Counted from the first letter of the stretch, positions 38,674-48,999 are shown. The stretch is DNA of 64,000 nucleotides from Gammaproteobacteria bacterium (GCA_963662545.2 CAXXLL010000002.1:992001-1056000), one strand, 5' to 3'. The notes: generated by a model from the sequence alone, not told the origin. Numbers and translations: made by a program.

Positions 38674-39129
38674 TCACCGTTCAGGCGTCGCGCATCTAGG
38701 GCCCAGCGGTAATCGCCGATCCTCACAATAGCGCTTGTTCTGGTGGCCGGAGATTCTCAGGCTCGCGAATCCTTCGTTGCTGGTCACAACAAGGTGTGCC
38801 CTGAATACTCCCTCATGGGGGTCGTTCGTTGAACGCGGTCCTTGTGGATCGAAACTGAAGAGGATCATGCAACTACCACCATTCGCCAGGGTGAACGGGC
38901 AGCTGTGGGCGACGATCTTGAAGTTTGCGTCATCGAGGGTGACGGTGATGTCCGTAAATCGCTCACCTACGGCAGATCGGACGTACGCGATTTCTACCAC
39001 GGGCAGGCTCGTTCGATAGCCGAAATCGAATTCAGCAATCGTTTCGAACGCAAAGAAATCGGCAAAGAATAAATCGGCCGTCGCCGAATGTGCGGCAATA
39101 GAACATGCAAAGAGCATTGCTGGGACCAT
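38674..39129 (-). CDS. Hypothetical exported protein with possible Ig-like (ASH/choice-of-anchor D-like) domain
   Basis: Signal-like start, then F.I...SC..TLANGGSC.I.F.FDP...A.LVV.SN pattern. Confidence 0.5.
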   Translation of the reverse strand: MVPAMLFACSIAAHSATADLFFADFFAFETIAEFDFGYRTSLPVVEIAYVRSAVGERFTDITVTLDDANFKIVAHSCPFTLANGGSCMILFSFDPQGPRSTNDPHEGVFRAHLVVTSNEGFASLRISGHQNKRYCEDRRLPLGPRCATPER

Positions 39130-39280
39130 TTTTCCCACTGGAGCCCTCTTATGGAACCAGCCGTATAAAACGCCTCGTAGTCTACTATAGGAAATATGAG
39201 CAAGCCGACTGGTGGAATCGTGGCTGGATTGGCACGGAGAAAATCGAATTGTTTCGCCTAAACCCTTCAAGGGCGAACGG

Positions 39281-39589
39281 ATGAAAGCATCGTTTAAGCT
39301 AATTGCAGCCCTTTTGCTCATCCCGAGTCTCGCAATCCATGGCGCGGAGCTGAACCTGGAAGCAACCAATGGGAACGCGCCGGTGATGCAATGCATCGAG
39401 TGGTCGGAGTTCGTACAATCGATGGCGGATACCGGGATAGAGCGCTTTCTGGTGCTCGCTAGGGAATACATTCAGCAATCGAAATGGCCCTTCGTCGAAC
39501 TTGCCGGAAAGTTCGTGCAAGTCAACCATCTCAATGGCAGCCGTGTGGCCGGCGCGATGGCATTCATCGAGTGCCGGGGGATCCCGTGA
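39281..39589 (+). CDS. Hypothetical small exported protein
   Basis: MKASFKLIAALLLIPSLAIHGA signal peptide; two Cys. Confidence 0.5.
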   Translation: MKASFKLIAALLLIPSLAIHGAELNLEATNGNAPVMQCIEWSEFVQSMADTGIERFLVLAREYIQQSKWPFVELAGKFVQVNHLNGSRVAGAMAFIECRGIP

Positions 39590-39700
39590 CGTAAAATGGG
39601 GTCGACCAAAACGAAACAGCAAATGATTCTCAAAATCAAGGCAAGGCTTGAAGCACAGTTGCGCGAAAACTAATAACGAAGCACACGGGAGCCCCGAGAA

Positions 39701-40843
39701 ATGACCGTCACAAAAGAAGAACTGTTGGAACGAACGACTTCCCTGCTTCCTGCGATCGCATCGCGTGCCCTGCAGAGCGAAGAACAACGCCGACCCCACG
39801 ACGACTCCATCCGGGAGCTGATCGACGCCGGGGTGATGCAATCCCTCGTGCCGCAACGGTTCGGCGGGCACGAACTCGGTCTGGACACATTGGCCGGCGT
39901 CGGGCGTTTGGTCAGCAGCGTTTGCCTGTCCACCGGTTGGGTTACCGCGTTTTATCTCGGCCACAACTGGATGATCACCAAATTCTCGGAACAAGTGCAG
40001 CGTGAAGTTTTTGCCGATCGCCCGTTTGCGTTGATTCCGATTCAACCGTCGCCGAACGTACAGATCAAAAAGGTGGCCGGGGGCTACGAGATCAGCGGCC
40101 GTTCGAACTTCAGCTCCGGCATCATGCACGCCGACTGGGTGATTGTTGCCAAAGCCGGGGGCGAGGATGCGCGGGCATTCGTGGTCCCGGTCAGTGACGT
40201 CGAAATCGACGACGTGTGGTTCATGAGCGGGATGGCGGGAACGGGCAGCAACGATGTCGTGGTCGATCAATTGTTCGTGCCCGAGCACCGATCCCTGCCG
40301 ACCGAGGCGCTTTTCAACAACACCGAATCGATTCACGAGAACCCGATTTATTCGATTCCACTGATGCCGTTCATTTACTGCGAGGTGATGGGCGTTTATT
40401 GCGGCGGGCTCGAAGGCGCAACCGCAGCCTACGACACCTTCGTGCAGAACAAGAGGATGACCTGGGGCGGAGACTTGCTGGCCAAGAAGCAGGCGACACA
40501 CATCAACCTCGGCGCGGCCCATGCCCGGGCCCGGGCCGCCCGATTGTTATTGGATCGACTCACACAGGATACTCAAGAGATCGCAGAAAAGCGGGATTTC
40601 AACCTGCACGCGCGCCTCGACCTAAAGCTGCGGGCCGGCTACATCGCGAATCTGTGCCGCGAAGGGGTCAACGAAATGATGGCTCGTGCCGGGACCCGAA
40701 GTTTTCAGATTGAAGCGCCGCTGCAGCGTTATTTTCGCGATCTCAATACGCTGGCCACCCACGCCTTCCTAGACTGGGAGGTTTGCCGCGAACTCTACGG
40801 CCGGCACCGCCTCGGCCTCGAACCCAATCACCCGCTGATCTGA
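39701..40843 (+). CDS. Flavin-dependent monooxygenase oxygenase component (acyl-CoA dehydrogenase fold, HsaA/HpaH-like)
   Basis: VPQRFGG.E, STGWV, FSSGI.HADW, D.W..SGMAGTGS.D and LQRYFRD..T...H motifs. Confidence 0.85.
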   Translation: MTVTKEELLERTTSLLPAIASRALQSEEQRRPHDDSIRELIDAGVMQSLVPQRFGGHELGLDTLAGVGRLVSSVCLSTGWVTAFYLGHNWMITKFSEQVQREVFADRPFALIPIQPSPNVQIKKVAGGYEISGRSNFSSGIMHADWVIVAKAGGEDARAFVVPVSDVEIDDVWFMSGMAGTGSNDVVVDQLFVPEHRSLPTEALFNNTESIHENPIYSIPLMPFIYCEVMGVYCGGLEGATAAYDTFVQNKRMTWGGDLLAKKQATHINLGAAHARARAARLLLDRLTQDTQEIAEKRDFNLHARLDLKLRAGYIANLCREGVNEMMARAGTRSFQIEAPLQRYFRDLNTLATHAFLDWEVCRELYGRHRLGLEPNHPLI

Positions 40844-40846
40844 AAG

Positions 40847-41061
40847 GGGTCAAGTCTTCACTATCTACAACCGGACCCACTCGCTTCGCACTGCAGGCCC
40901 GCGCAATCAGTGTTCGATCGATACGGACATCAAATTATTGACGGTGCGGGTTAGACGGAATGCCCGGATGGAAGATAATTTCGACGATGCCTGGAAATGG
41001 AGGCGACCATCGAGAGCACGGCTGAGGTGCTTTGATCGTGTATAAAGTGAAGACTTGACCC
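40847..41061. repeat. 16-bp inverted repeats enclosing ~180 bp (REP-like or MITE)
   Basis: GGGTCAAGTCTTCACT at 40847-40862 and AGTGAAGACTTGACCC at 41046-41061. Confidence 0.65.
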
Positions 41062-41125
41062 TTTCATCAGGAACACCGCGATGCCCGCTACCAGCTGCCT
41101 GACTGCGTCGATGCTCGAGATCGGA

Positions 41126-41551
41126 ATGAAGCACCAAGCGGAGCTTTCATTTTCACACGAGCAAGTTGAACGCTACTGTGAGTTATGCGGTGATATGAAT
41201 GCCATCCATCGGGACGTGGCCGCGGCACAACTTCGATTCCCCGACGTCAATGACATCGTCGTTCCCGGGGGATTGATCCAGATTACGGTAACCGGCTTAT
41301 TCGGAACCGTGTTTCCGGGTGACGGGAGCCTGGGGTTGACGTTTACGCCGGAGCGCTTTCGCAAACCGGTCTGTCCCGATGAAACAGTCGTTGTTACCAT
41401 AGAAGTGACGAGAATCCGCGGCGAGCTGGTCGAGGTGAATGTGTCGATCCACGATGCCGATCAGAGTCAAATCGGTGCCGCCAAGTCGCGGATTCTTGCG
41501 CCGAACGACTCTTATCACAGCTGGTGGACGGCACAACAGGCGGGCGCCTGA
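41126..41551 (+). CDS. MaoC-family (hot-dog fold) dehydratase
   Basis: L.GDMNAIHRD, IVVPG, GT.FPG.G and F.KPV motifs. Confidence 0.8.
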   Translation: MKHQAELSFSHEQVERYCELCGDMNAIHRDVAAAQLRFPDVNDIVVPGGLIQITVTGLFGTVFPGDGSLGLTFTPERFRKPVCPDETVVVTIEVTRIRGELVEVNVSIHDADQSQIGAAKSRILAPNDSYHSWWTAQQAGA

Positions 41552-41651
41552 GGATTTTGATTCAGGCTCTTAACTTTCGACAACCCGACCACTTCCCCCT
41601 GGGCTGCAGGCCCGCGCGGCCTTATCCAATTTATGGTCACGGCGCACTGGC

Positions 41652-41981
41652 TCAGAACGTATGGATCCAGGCCGCCGCCGTCACCCACGGTCCATCAGCT
41701 TCGCCCGCCATATAACTGGCACCAAGGTGGTCGCAACCGTCAAGTTCGATGGACACTACCTCGCCGGCGGCTGATCGCAAGGTATCCGCCATCACCTGTG
41801 CCTGTTTACGCAGATGCGGGAAATCGTCGCTGCCATAGGCGATCAGGAAAGGCGGCGGCTTGTCGACAAACGCGAGCGGGCTTGCGCTCGTTTCCTTGCT
41901 TTGTTCATCCAGAAATCTCGGCCGCATCGACAAACCGGATCCCGGGCCGAATGTGTAAGCTCCGGAGATAGGTAAGCATCC
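41652..41981 (-). pseudogene. 5'-truncated alpha/beta hydrolase (esterase/formamidase-like) remnant
   Basis: GCLPISGAY...ASP...PPFLIAYG.DD...DH C-terminal part only; nucleophile region absent. Confidence 0.65.
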
Positions 41982-42773
41982 GAAGGACTCAGCATCGTCG
42001 ACGGCCAGGTCGTCATAACGGGCGGCGCGGAGCCGCTTATGTCACTCGAGGACATCGGCCGTCTCATCCATTTCAATACCCATGAGCTGCCCGAGGATTT
42101 TGAACCCGAGCTGGTCGTCACGCGGCATTACAGCCAACGCGAGCAACTCCTGATCTACGCGAACTGTTCGTTAGCAGGTTGTTGAAAAACTCGTTTTTCG
42201 ACAGCCTGTGCCCGGCACAGGGATGTGCCGGCATCAATCGAGCACTCTATGTGCTTGATTGATGGAGCAAGACGGAAACCGTGTTTTTGTCTTGCGAGTT
42301 GAAAAACGATAGGGACATCGTTTTTCAACAACCTGTTAGGGGTCGCTCTGGAGCTTGACATCGACACCGGCGCCGTCGAACTGCAGAAGATCTGGGCGGT
42401 CGATGATTGCGGGCGGATCATCAATGAGAAACTGGTCGCCGAGCAGATGCGCGGCGGCGTGGTTCAGGGCATCGGATCCGCCTTGTACGAAGAGTGCCTT
42501 TATGACGACCAGGGTCAGCTGCTGAACGGTACCCTGGTCGACTATCTGGTGCCGATGGCGGGTGAGATGCCGGATATCGAGTGCGCGCATATCGAGACAC
42601 CCACCAAGGCAACGGAACTCGGCGCCAAGGGTTGCGGCGAGGCCGGCACCATCGGCACCCCGGCTGCGATCATGAATGCGATCAACGACGCCTTGGAACC
42701 CTTCGGCGTCGAGATAACGACGCAGCCGTTTACGCCGGAAAGGATCCTGCGCGCGCTTGGGAAAATCGAGTAG
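41976..42773 (+). pseudogene. C-terminal remnant of a CoxL/xanthine dehydrogenase-family molybdopterin subunit, interrupted by a MITE
   Basis: DTG.V......AVDDCGRIIN...Q.RGGVVQGIG.ALYEE and GAKGCGEAG motifs; frame is restored when 42175-42339 is removed. Confidence 0.85.
42175..42335. mobile_element. 161-bp MITE with TTAG target duplication (IS5/IS1182-like ends)
   Basis: 16-bp perfect TIR CAGGTTGTTGAAAAAC / GTTTTTCAACAACCTG; TTAG at 42171-42174 and 42336-42339. Confidence 0.88.
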
Positions 42774-42779
42774 CGGGTG

Positions 42780-43664
42780 CTAAAAAACCGCGGCGGCAAG
42801 CTCATCGAGCTCCGCCAACAGCTCCTTCTCGTCGTGTCCCCGCAACCAGAGGACCGCGGTATCGGCACCGGCCTTGGCCATCTCGCGCAATTCCGCGGCC
42901 GTGCGGAACATACCCTCCGGTGCAAACAACGCGATCTCCAGCGACGCGGGATCGCGATCGAACTGCGCCGCATACTTCGCGATCTCGGCCTTGCCGTCGG
43001 CGAGTTCCTGAGGGTCGGCGCAAAACGGCAGCCAGCCATCGCCCCACTCGGCGACGCGTTTGTACACCCGGGGCGAACCGATGCTGCCCAGCAGGATTGG
43101 CGGATGCGGTTTGCGGCTGGGTTTCGGAAAACAGGCCATGGGGTCGAAATCGTAGTATTTGCCGTGATATTCCGCATCATCTTCCGTCCACAAGGCCTTC
43201 ATCGCGTGGATCGAATCCTTAGTCTGTGTCCAGCGGTGCGCAAAGTCTCCACCCATCGCCGTGCATTCGGGTTCATTCCAGCCGGCGCCGATCCCAAATA
43301 CGAAGCGGCCGTTTGAATAGTGATCGATCGAGGCGATCTCTTTCGCCATGTGCAGCGGGTTGCGTTCGGGCACCAGCAAGATACCGGTACCAAGACGGAT
43401 CGTTGAAGTCGTCGCGGACGCACGCGACAAGGCGATCAAGGGATCCGGCATCTTGAACAGGTATGCTGGCGGGGCGTCATCGGGGCCCTTGCCCGGATAA
43501 TCGTCCGCGGAACCCTTCGGGATTATGGTGTGGTCCGGCACCCAATAAGAATCAAAGCCAAGATCTTCGGCTCGCTTTGCGATAGCCGCCGGATCACCCG
43601 CCGGCCGGTCGACCAGGACCTGAAATACACCGACCCCCATTCCATCTACTGTCTTCTTGGCCAC
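42780..43664 (-). CDS. LLM-class (luciferase-like, probably F420-dependent) oxidoreductase
   Basis: AEDLGFDSYWVPDH, IRLGTGIL, RNPLHMAKEIASID, GIGAGW and GDGWLP motifs. Confidence 0.88.
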   Translation of the reverse strand: MAKKTVDGMGVGVFQVLVDRPAGDPAAIAKRAEDLGFDSYWVPDHTIIPKGSADDYPGKGPDDAPPAYLFKMPDPLIALSRASATTSTIRLGTGILLVPERNPLHMAKEIASIDHYSNGRFVFGIGAGWNEPECTAMGGDFAHRWTQTKDSIHAMKALWTEDDAEYHGKYYDFDPMACFPKPSRKPHPPILLGSIGSPRVYKRVAEWGDGWLPFCADPQELADGKAEIAKYAAQFDRDPASLEIALFAPEGMFRTAAELREMAKAGADTAVLWLRGHDEKELLAELDELAAAVF

Positions 43665-43845
43665 CTGATTCTCCTTACTCTGTTTCTTTATCGATTCGCC
43701 GGCCTCAGTCCGGGGTCCCCATTGGACGACGCCTCGATATCGAAGGCAAGCCCGGAATTAAACCTATCTCAATGTTATCCGCGTGTGCGTTGTGCCTTGA
43801 AAGTGCGGATGCAAGGCGCACATGCGGATAATTCTGAGACAGGTT

Positions 43846-44631
43846 TTACTTACCAGTCCATCGTGGCGGGCGCTTCTCGGCGAACGCTCGCGCGCCTTCC
43901 TTGCGGTCGGCTGAGGTGTAGCAGACTTTGAACGCAGGATAGGTTTTTTGGCGGCGCATGGCGTCTTGCAGGCTGGGCTCGTCAAGACCGCACATCACGG
44001 TCTGCTTGGATGCCCGCGTTGCAAGCGGCGCGCAGCGGAGTATTTTCTCGCACCATTCGTTCACCGTGGCGTCGAGCGCTTGGTGATCGACGAGCTGGGT
44101 GACAAAGCCCATTCGATATCCTTCTTCGGCGTCGACCATGTCGGCGCTCAGAATGAGCCCCATCGCTTGCTTGAGACCGATCTGGCGTGCCAGACGATGC
44201 ATGCCGCCGCCCAGGGCGACCGCTCCGACTAGAGGCTCCGGGAGTCCGAACTTCGACCGGCGGGTCGCGATCAGAATGTCGCACGCCAGGGCGAGCTCGA
44301 AGCCGCCGCCGACGGCGACACCATCCACCGCGGCGATCACCGGTTTGTCGAGATCGAAACGCTCGATGAGGCCCGCGTATCCGCTCCTCGGGTAAACGTT
44401 CGGCTTGCCGGCTTTTGCAATCGCTTTCAAATCGCTCCCTGCAGAAAACGCCCGTTCTCCAGCCCCGGCTACCACGCACAAGTGTTGTTCGTCATTGGCG
44501 GCAAATTGGTCGAACGCTTCCTGCAATTCGTCATGCATTTTCTGGTTGATCGCGTTCAAGACTTCGGGACGATTCATGGTGACCCGCGTGATGTTGGCGG
44601 TCGTCGCAACTTCGATATATTCGAAACTCAA
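43846..44631 (-). CDS. Enoyl-CoA hydratase/isomerase
   Basis: NRPEVLNA, AFSAGSDL, AVGGGFELALACD, FGLPE and AFAEKRPP.W motifs; TTG start at 44631 inferred. Confidence 0.92.
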   Translation of the reverse strand: MSFEYIEVATTANITRVTMNRPEVLNAINQKMHDELQEAFDQFAANDEQHLCVVAGAGERAFSAGSDLKAIAKAGKPNVYPRSGYAGLIERFDLDKPVIAAVDGVAVGGGFELALACDILIATRRSKFGLPEPLVGAVALGGGMHRLARQIGLKQAMGLILSADMVDAEEGYRMGFVTQLVDHQALDATVNEWCEKILRCAPLATRASKQTVMCGLDEPSLQDAMRRQKTYPAFKVCYTSADRKEGARAFAEKRPPRWTGK

Positions 44632-44787
44632 GAGCGTATCCCTCTTTGCTTGGTTCTGACGAAGATACGAAATTACGGGGCACACGACAAATGTCGAGCA
44701 GATCGCGATCGTCAACCGAGGATTGTGGCCGGGAGTATATGCGGAATGGGAGTCCAAGGGGTGCGTGAAGCATGATGCCAGGGTTGT

Positions 44788-46995
44788 GTGCACGTTCAGA
44801 CCCGGCCATTTATTTTCCTCGCCGGCACGTTAACTTTTTCTTCTGGTGGCCGACAAAGTGCCCGTTCGATGTTCATTTGCTTGCATTGGAACAAGGGCAT
44901 CCTGTTAGATTTCATGGTGTGCGCTTTTATCGATCTTTCCGCTGATAACGGTAAGATTGGCAAATTCGAGAGCGAACCCTTATCAGGTCCATCCAAGATA
45001 TTTTCTGCAACCGTGCTTGGCTTCAGTCGTTTAACGCCCCCTCCCTGGCCGCTCATTGTCGTGCTCCTCACGGGTGTGATGTTGCCAGCAGGTTTTACCT
45101 GGGCGAATGAGACAGACAGCGAAACAAATGACGATAGGAATACCGCAGAGCCATATACGGATCAGTACCTCGATGAGTTTGATGCCGACGAAATACCGAT
45201 TGATATCGGCGATGAACATGAAGGGCTGCCGCGGAGCTTCGCCGCCAACTATCGGACCTATGTCGATGCGCGCGAGATGATCAGACCGCTGGTCGAGCAC
45301 GGCCTGGATTTTCTTTGGTACCAGGAAACGGATGGATACGGCAGTTTCAACGCTACATTCGAACAACTCTTTAACAACGACGGCCGACCGAATCGAGATT
45401 CTCAAGGCGAGCGGTTTCAGTTGGAAAACCGGGATTTCGTCATCAATGAGAATTATGCCGCCGATACTCGACTCGGACATTTCCGCAGTGAATCCAACAG
45501 ATTGCTCGCGACGAGTTATCGGTTCTTTCTGCCGACCACCTTGCTGCAAGGCGGAACGACGCGCATCCATAGCGATCGGGCGGAGTTTGACGTCACTGCG
45601 GGCTATATCGGCGGGCTGCAAGGGACAGCAGCGCGCGGGTTTCGCAAAACTCGAGGAACCCTGCTAGGCGCCAGCGGCCAATTTTCGATCGATGACAATT
45701 GGAGTGCCTCCGCGCAATTCTGGGATACCAACGACGCCGGCATCGCCGGACGCAACCATCAAGTAGGTGGTGGGGCCGTTCAGTATTTGAGCGACGACCT
45801 GACCCAGAGGCATCAACTGCGTGGCCTGAAAGACAGTAAGGGCCAATTCGGCTCGTGGTACGACGGCGTATCTATCCTTGGACGGTGGCGCCATCGATAT
45901 GGCGCGTTTCACTTTGAGCGCGGCCTGCGGTGGACGGACGTGCAAATCGATAACGACCGGCAAGGTTTGTTCTGGCGCGGCGATTTCAGTTCGTTTCGGT
46001 GGCGCTGGACCCTGGGCTCCGAGGTGTCGAGGAACAACCTCGACGAGCTTGCGACTGTCGCCGGCAATGTCGTGACCAACTCGTTCGTCAACGGCAGCTG
46101 GCAGTTTCGTCGGAAAACGCAAATCGGCGGCCTGGTCACCGTGCGCACGCAACATGCGGATTCCGGTATCGCACGGGGTGACGGCCATACCGCTGAATTA
46201 CGTGCCTTCCTCGCACACGACTTTGCCTTCGGTTTGAGCCGGCTGGAACTGCGCTTCTTAAACGAGAACCTGCCTGCTATAGAACGCGCGGAAACGCAGC
46301 TCAGATGGGATCACGATTGGGCGATCGCATACCTTGATCGTTTTACGACAGAGTTTGAATTCACGCAGGATACATTCGAAGCGCAGGAGGTACTGCTGGG
46401 TATCATCGCCCAAAAAGACCTTACGGACACGGTGAGTGGCGGCTTGGATTTTCAATTGACCCACCGCCAGGACGAGAATGGCGTCGATTCGCGCGCCTAC
46501 AATTGGGGCTTCGGATTTCATTGGTTGGCGCACAGGGACGTCACCATTGACCTGAGTGCGACGGCGGGCCGCGTCACCACCGATCCCGTGATCGGCCCGT
46601 CACGTACCCTTGATGACCTAACGGTACTGTTGAGCGTGAGCTTTGTGAAACAACGAGGACGACCGGCACGAATGAGTGGTTACTCAACGGGACAACGCGG
46701 TAGCGGCACTATCAAAGGGCATGTGTTCTTCGATACGAACCGCAATGGTAAGCGGGATGGCGGTGAACGCGGGCTGCCGCGAATCACGGTATATCTTGAT
46801 GGCCACTTCCGTGCAGAAACGAATACCGCGGGAGAATTCGAATTCGAACGAGTCGGAGCCGGCGAACACTGGTTGCGTATCGCAGTGGAGGAAGCACCCT
46901 TACCCTTCGGCCTCGAAGACGAATCGCCGCAATCGCTCATCGTGCCGATACGCGGGATCGGGCGGATCGACTTCGGTCTGATCGAAATTGAATAG
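44788..46995 (+). CDS. Outer-membrane beta-barrel usher-like protein with C-terminal SdrD-B/prealbumin-like domain (true start probably near 45013-45079)
   Basis: Many alternating amphipathic strands; C-terminal I.GHVFFDTNRNGKRDGGERGL..ITVYLDG....TN.AGEF.F; adjacent to chaperone and pilin-like genes. Confidence 0.7.
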   Translation: MHVQTRPFIFLAGTLTFSSGGRQSARSMFICLHWNKGILLDFMVCAFIDLSADNGKIGKFESEPLSGPSKIFSATVLGFSRLTPPPWPLIVVLLTGVMLPAGFTWANETDSETNDDRNTAEPYTDQYLDEFDADEIPIDIGDEHEGLPRSFAANYRTYVDAREMIRPLVEHGLDFLWYQETDGYGSFNATFEQLFNNDGRPNRDSQGERFQLENRDFVINENYAADTRLGHFRSESNRLLATSYRFFLPTTLLQGGTTRIHSDRAEFDVTAGYIGGLQGTAARGFRKTRGTLLGASGQFSIDDNWSASAQFWDTNDAGIAGRNHQVGGGAVQYLSDDLTQRHQLRGLKDSKGQFGSWYDGVSILGRWRHRYGAFHFERGLRWTDVQIDNDRQGLFWRGDFSSFRWRWTLGSEVSRNNLDELATVAGNVVTNSFVNGSWQFRRKTQIGGLVTVRTQHADSGIARGDGHTAELRAFLAHDFAFGLSRLELRFLNENLPAIERAETQLRWDHDWAIAYLDRFTTEFEFTQDTFEAQEVLLGIIAQKDLTDTVSGGLDFQLTHRQDENGVDSRAYNWGFGFHWLAHRDVTIDLSATAGRVTTDPVIGPSRTLDDLTVLLSVSFVKQRGRPARMSGYSTGQRGSGTIKGHVFFDTNRNGKRDGGERGLPRITVYLDGHFRAETNTAGEFEFERVGAGEHWLRIAVEEAPLPFGLEDESPQSLIVPIRGIGRIDFGLIEIE

Positions 46996-47032
46996 TGCTG
47001 CGGCGCAGCTGCCCGAGATCGGCGGTGGCCCG

Positions 47033-47863
47033 TTATTCTTCGTTCAGTGGTGTGTCATCCAATTTCAGATTACCGCCATCCCATTCGATCAAGCCGGTCA
47101 TGGAGGCGGGCAGCGAGAGTTGCAAGGGGGGCGGTTCCCGATATTCGGGACCGCTCACCGACTGCAGCCCTATCGGCATACTGCGACCCGGTAAAACAGG
47201 AAAAGGCACGACTACAAGCTCGATGTTCGACCCGTCGCTCTGCCTGATGTTGACGCTGCCGAATGGCCGTCCATGCGCATTACCGGAATTGAAGAAATCG
47301 AGATAGGCCGCCTGCCGGCCATCCTCGCTTTCAATGACTCGAGCGCCGCGAAATTCCAAGTTCGCCGTGACGTCACCGATGACGACATACACGACAATGG
47401 CAATTTGGCCGGTTATTGGAATGCTGATATTACCTAATTGCGTCGTCTCAATGCTCTCCGGGGTTGGAGAAATTAAAATCGCAAAGCGGCATTCGCCCGC
47501 GCTGGCGTCGGCTGGAACCTGGATTTCGAATCGATATTTCTTGATTTGCTGAGGCGCGAGTTTTATCCGTCCGCGCTCGATTCGCGACCATGGCCGGCAC
47601 GAGTTCTCCGACAAGCCCGCGTCGACAGGTCGTATAACGACGCCACCCTGAGGATTGATGTCCCAGTCGGCCGTGCGGATGACGTATTCGGCCGTTTCCT
47701 CATCGTTATTCTGGATGTGGATGACGTGACGGACTTTGTCGCCGGGATCCGCCTTGAGTTCAAAATTCGGTGGGCTCACACGCGCTGCAAACGTCGCGGC
47801 ATGCGCTTGCCAAGCCACCGCAAATCCACACAGAAAGCAGGCGCCGATCAAGCACCTGTACAT
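47033..47863 (-). CDS. Periplasmic pilus chaperone-like protein (two Ig-like domains)
   Basis: Signal peptide; VSP..FEL...PG, I.LAP...K..RF.I.VP, then N.GNAHGR and PVLPG..(PapD/CooB-like pattern). Confidence 0.75.
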   Translation of the reverse strand: MYRCLIGACFLCGFAVAWQAHAATFAARVSPPNFELKADPGDKVRHVIHIQNNDEETAEYVIRTADWDINPQGGVVIRPVDAGLSENSCRPWSRIERGRIKLAPQQIKKYRFEIQVPADASAGECRFAILISPTPESIETTQLGNISIPITGQIAIVVYVVIGDVTANLEFRGARVIESEDGRQAAYLDFFNSGNAHGRPFGSVNIRQSDGSNIELVVVPFPVLPGRSMPIGLQSVSGPEYREPPPLQLSLPASMTGLIEWDGGNLKLDDTPLNEE

Positions 47864-47929
47864 ACTAAACTCGAAATTAATTGCCTCTCCCCCGCCATAC
47901 GCGCCGTTGTTGGTAATAAATGAGTGTCG

Positions 47930-48403
47930 CTACATCAATTCAATCTCATAGATCGGCTCGAAGCGCAGCGCGCCTGTTAGCGAGCGTGCATCGAGATTCA
48001 TGGTGAACGTAAAAAATTCGATGAGTAACGGGTCGCTCACGCGACCTTCGAAAATCAGCGCGCGGTTGCCGGGTGTCGTATGTCCGGCCAGAAAGTTTCC
48101 TCGGGTACGCCATTCGAGTTTCAGTCCGGCGCTATTCCCAAGCCCTTTTATCTGCTCCGGCAAGCGCAAGAAAATGCGTGCGTTTTGACCTACGAAATCA
48201 CGGGTATCGAGGCGCACCTCGGCATTCGGCACCCGCGCTGTAAGCGCGTTCAGCTCACGTTCGGACAGCGTGAACATATTGCCGTTATTCTGCCATTCGA
48301 GCTTGATGTTGAACTGTTGTCTGGGTGACGCCGAGTCGTCCAGGATCTGGGCACACGCCCAGGGCGCACAAAGGAGAAGAAACCAGGCGCAATACCGCAT
48401 CAC
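47930..48403 (-). CDS. Exported beta-rich accessory/minor subunit of the pilus-like locus
   Basis: Signal peptide; translationally coupled (GTGA) to the upstream pilin-like gene. Confidence 0.65.
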   Translation of the reverse strand: MMRYCAWFLLLCAPWACAQILDDSASPRQQFNIKLEWQNNGNMFTLSERELNALTARVPNAEVRLDTRDFVGQNARIFLRLPEQIKGLGNSAGLKLEWRTRGNFLAGHTTPGNRALIFEGRVSDPLLIEFFTFTMNLDARSLTGALRFEPIYEIELM

Positions 48404-48900
48404 GGTACCGCCGCAGTGTAGGTCACCGTACCCGCATAAGTACCGGAAGCGATCAGGTTGGTGTTGGCATAGCTGAACGTATGCGTGTCGATTACCACGA
48501 ACGCCGCGACGATAGGGCCTAGAATCACTTGTGCCGGCGTCCCCGCAAACGTACCCGACGGAATATCACCCGCTGCGGCGACCCAACTGATTTCTGTGAA
48601 CGGAATGGTCTCGAAACCATTATTCAACGGCGTTGACGAGTCGACCGTAAGGGTAAATACCTTGAATGGGATACTGAACGGTTGACGCGCATAGGCGCCG
48701 ACGAACATAGCTGGCGTGCCGCCAATGGGCGTGCCGTCGCCAACGTTGGTCACGGGGACATTGACATCCACCGTTGAAACGCCCGCCGGTTGTCCCACCC
48801 GCACGCCGATTTGAGCCGGGCCGAATCCAATGAAGAACACGGCTGCACTCGCGTCCGCCACGAGAGCGCTTACGAGCAAAAACAAAAGGAGGTTTTTCAT
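48400..48900 (-). CDS. Pilin-like exported protein
   Basis: MKNLLLFLLVSALVADASA signal; IPF.EISW, TFSYAN and C-terminal SGTYAGTVTYTAAVP. Confidence 0.75.
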   Translation of the reverse strand: MKNLLLFLLVSALVADASAAVFFIGFGPAQIGVRVGQPAGVSTVDVNVPVTNVGDGTPIGGTPAMFVGAYARQPFSIPFKVFTLTVDSSTPLNNGFETIPFTEISWVAAAGDIPSGTFAGTPAQVILGPIVAAFVVIDTHTFSYANTNLIASGTYAGTVTYTAAVP

Positions 48901-48922
48901 CGGTCTAGTCTCAGCGAACTTC

Positions 48923-48967
48923 AAAAGTGAAGCCCCGCACGCTAAAAGTCTAGCATAGCGGGGCTTC
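48923..48967 (-). terminator. Stem-loop after the major pilin-like gene (partial terminator or mRNA stabiliser)
   Basis: GAAGCCCCGC...GCGGGGCTTC stem followed by ACTTTT on the minus strand. Confidence 0.6.
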
Positions 48968-48999
48968 GGTCCTCGGGGAGGAGGCGGGAGAGAATCCCG

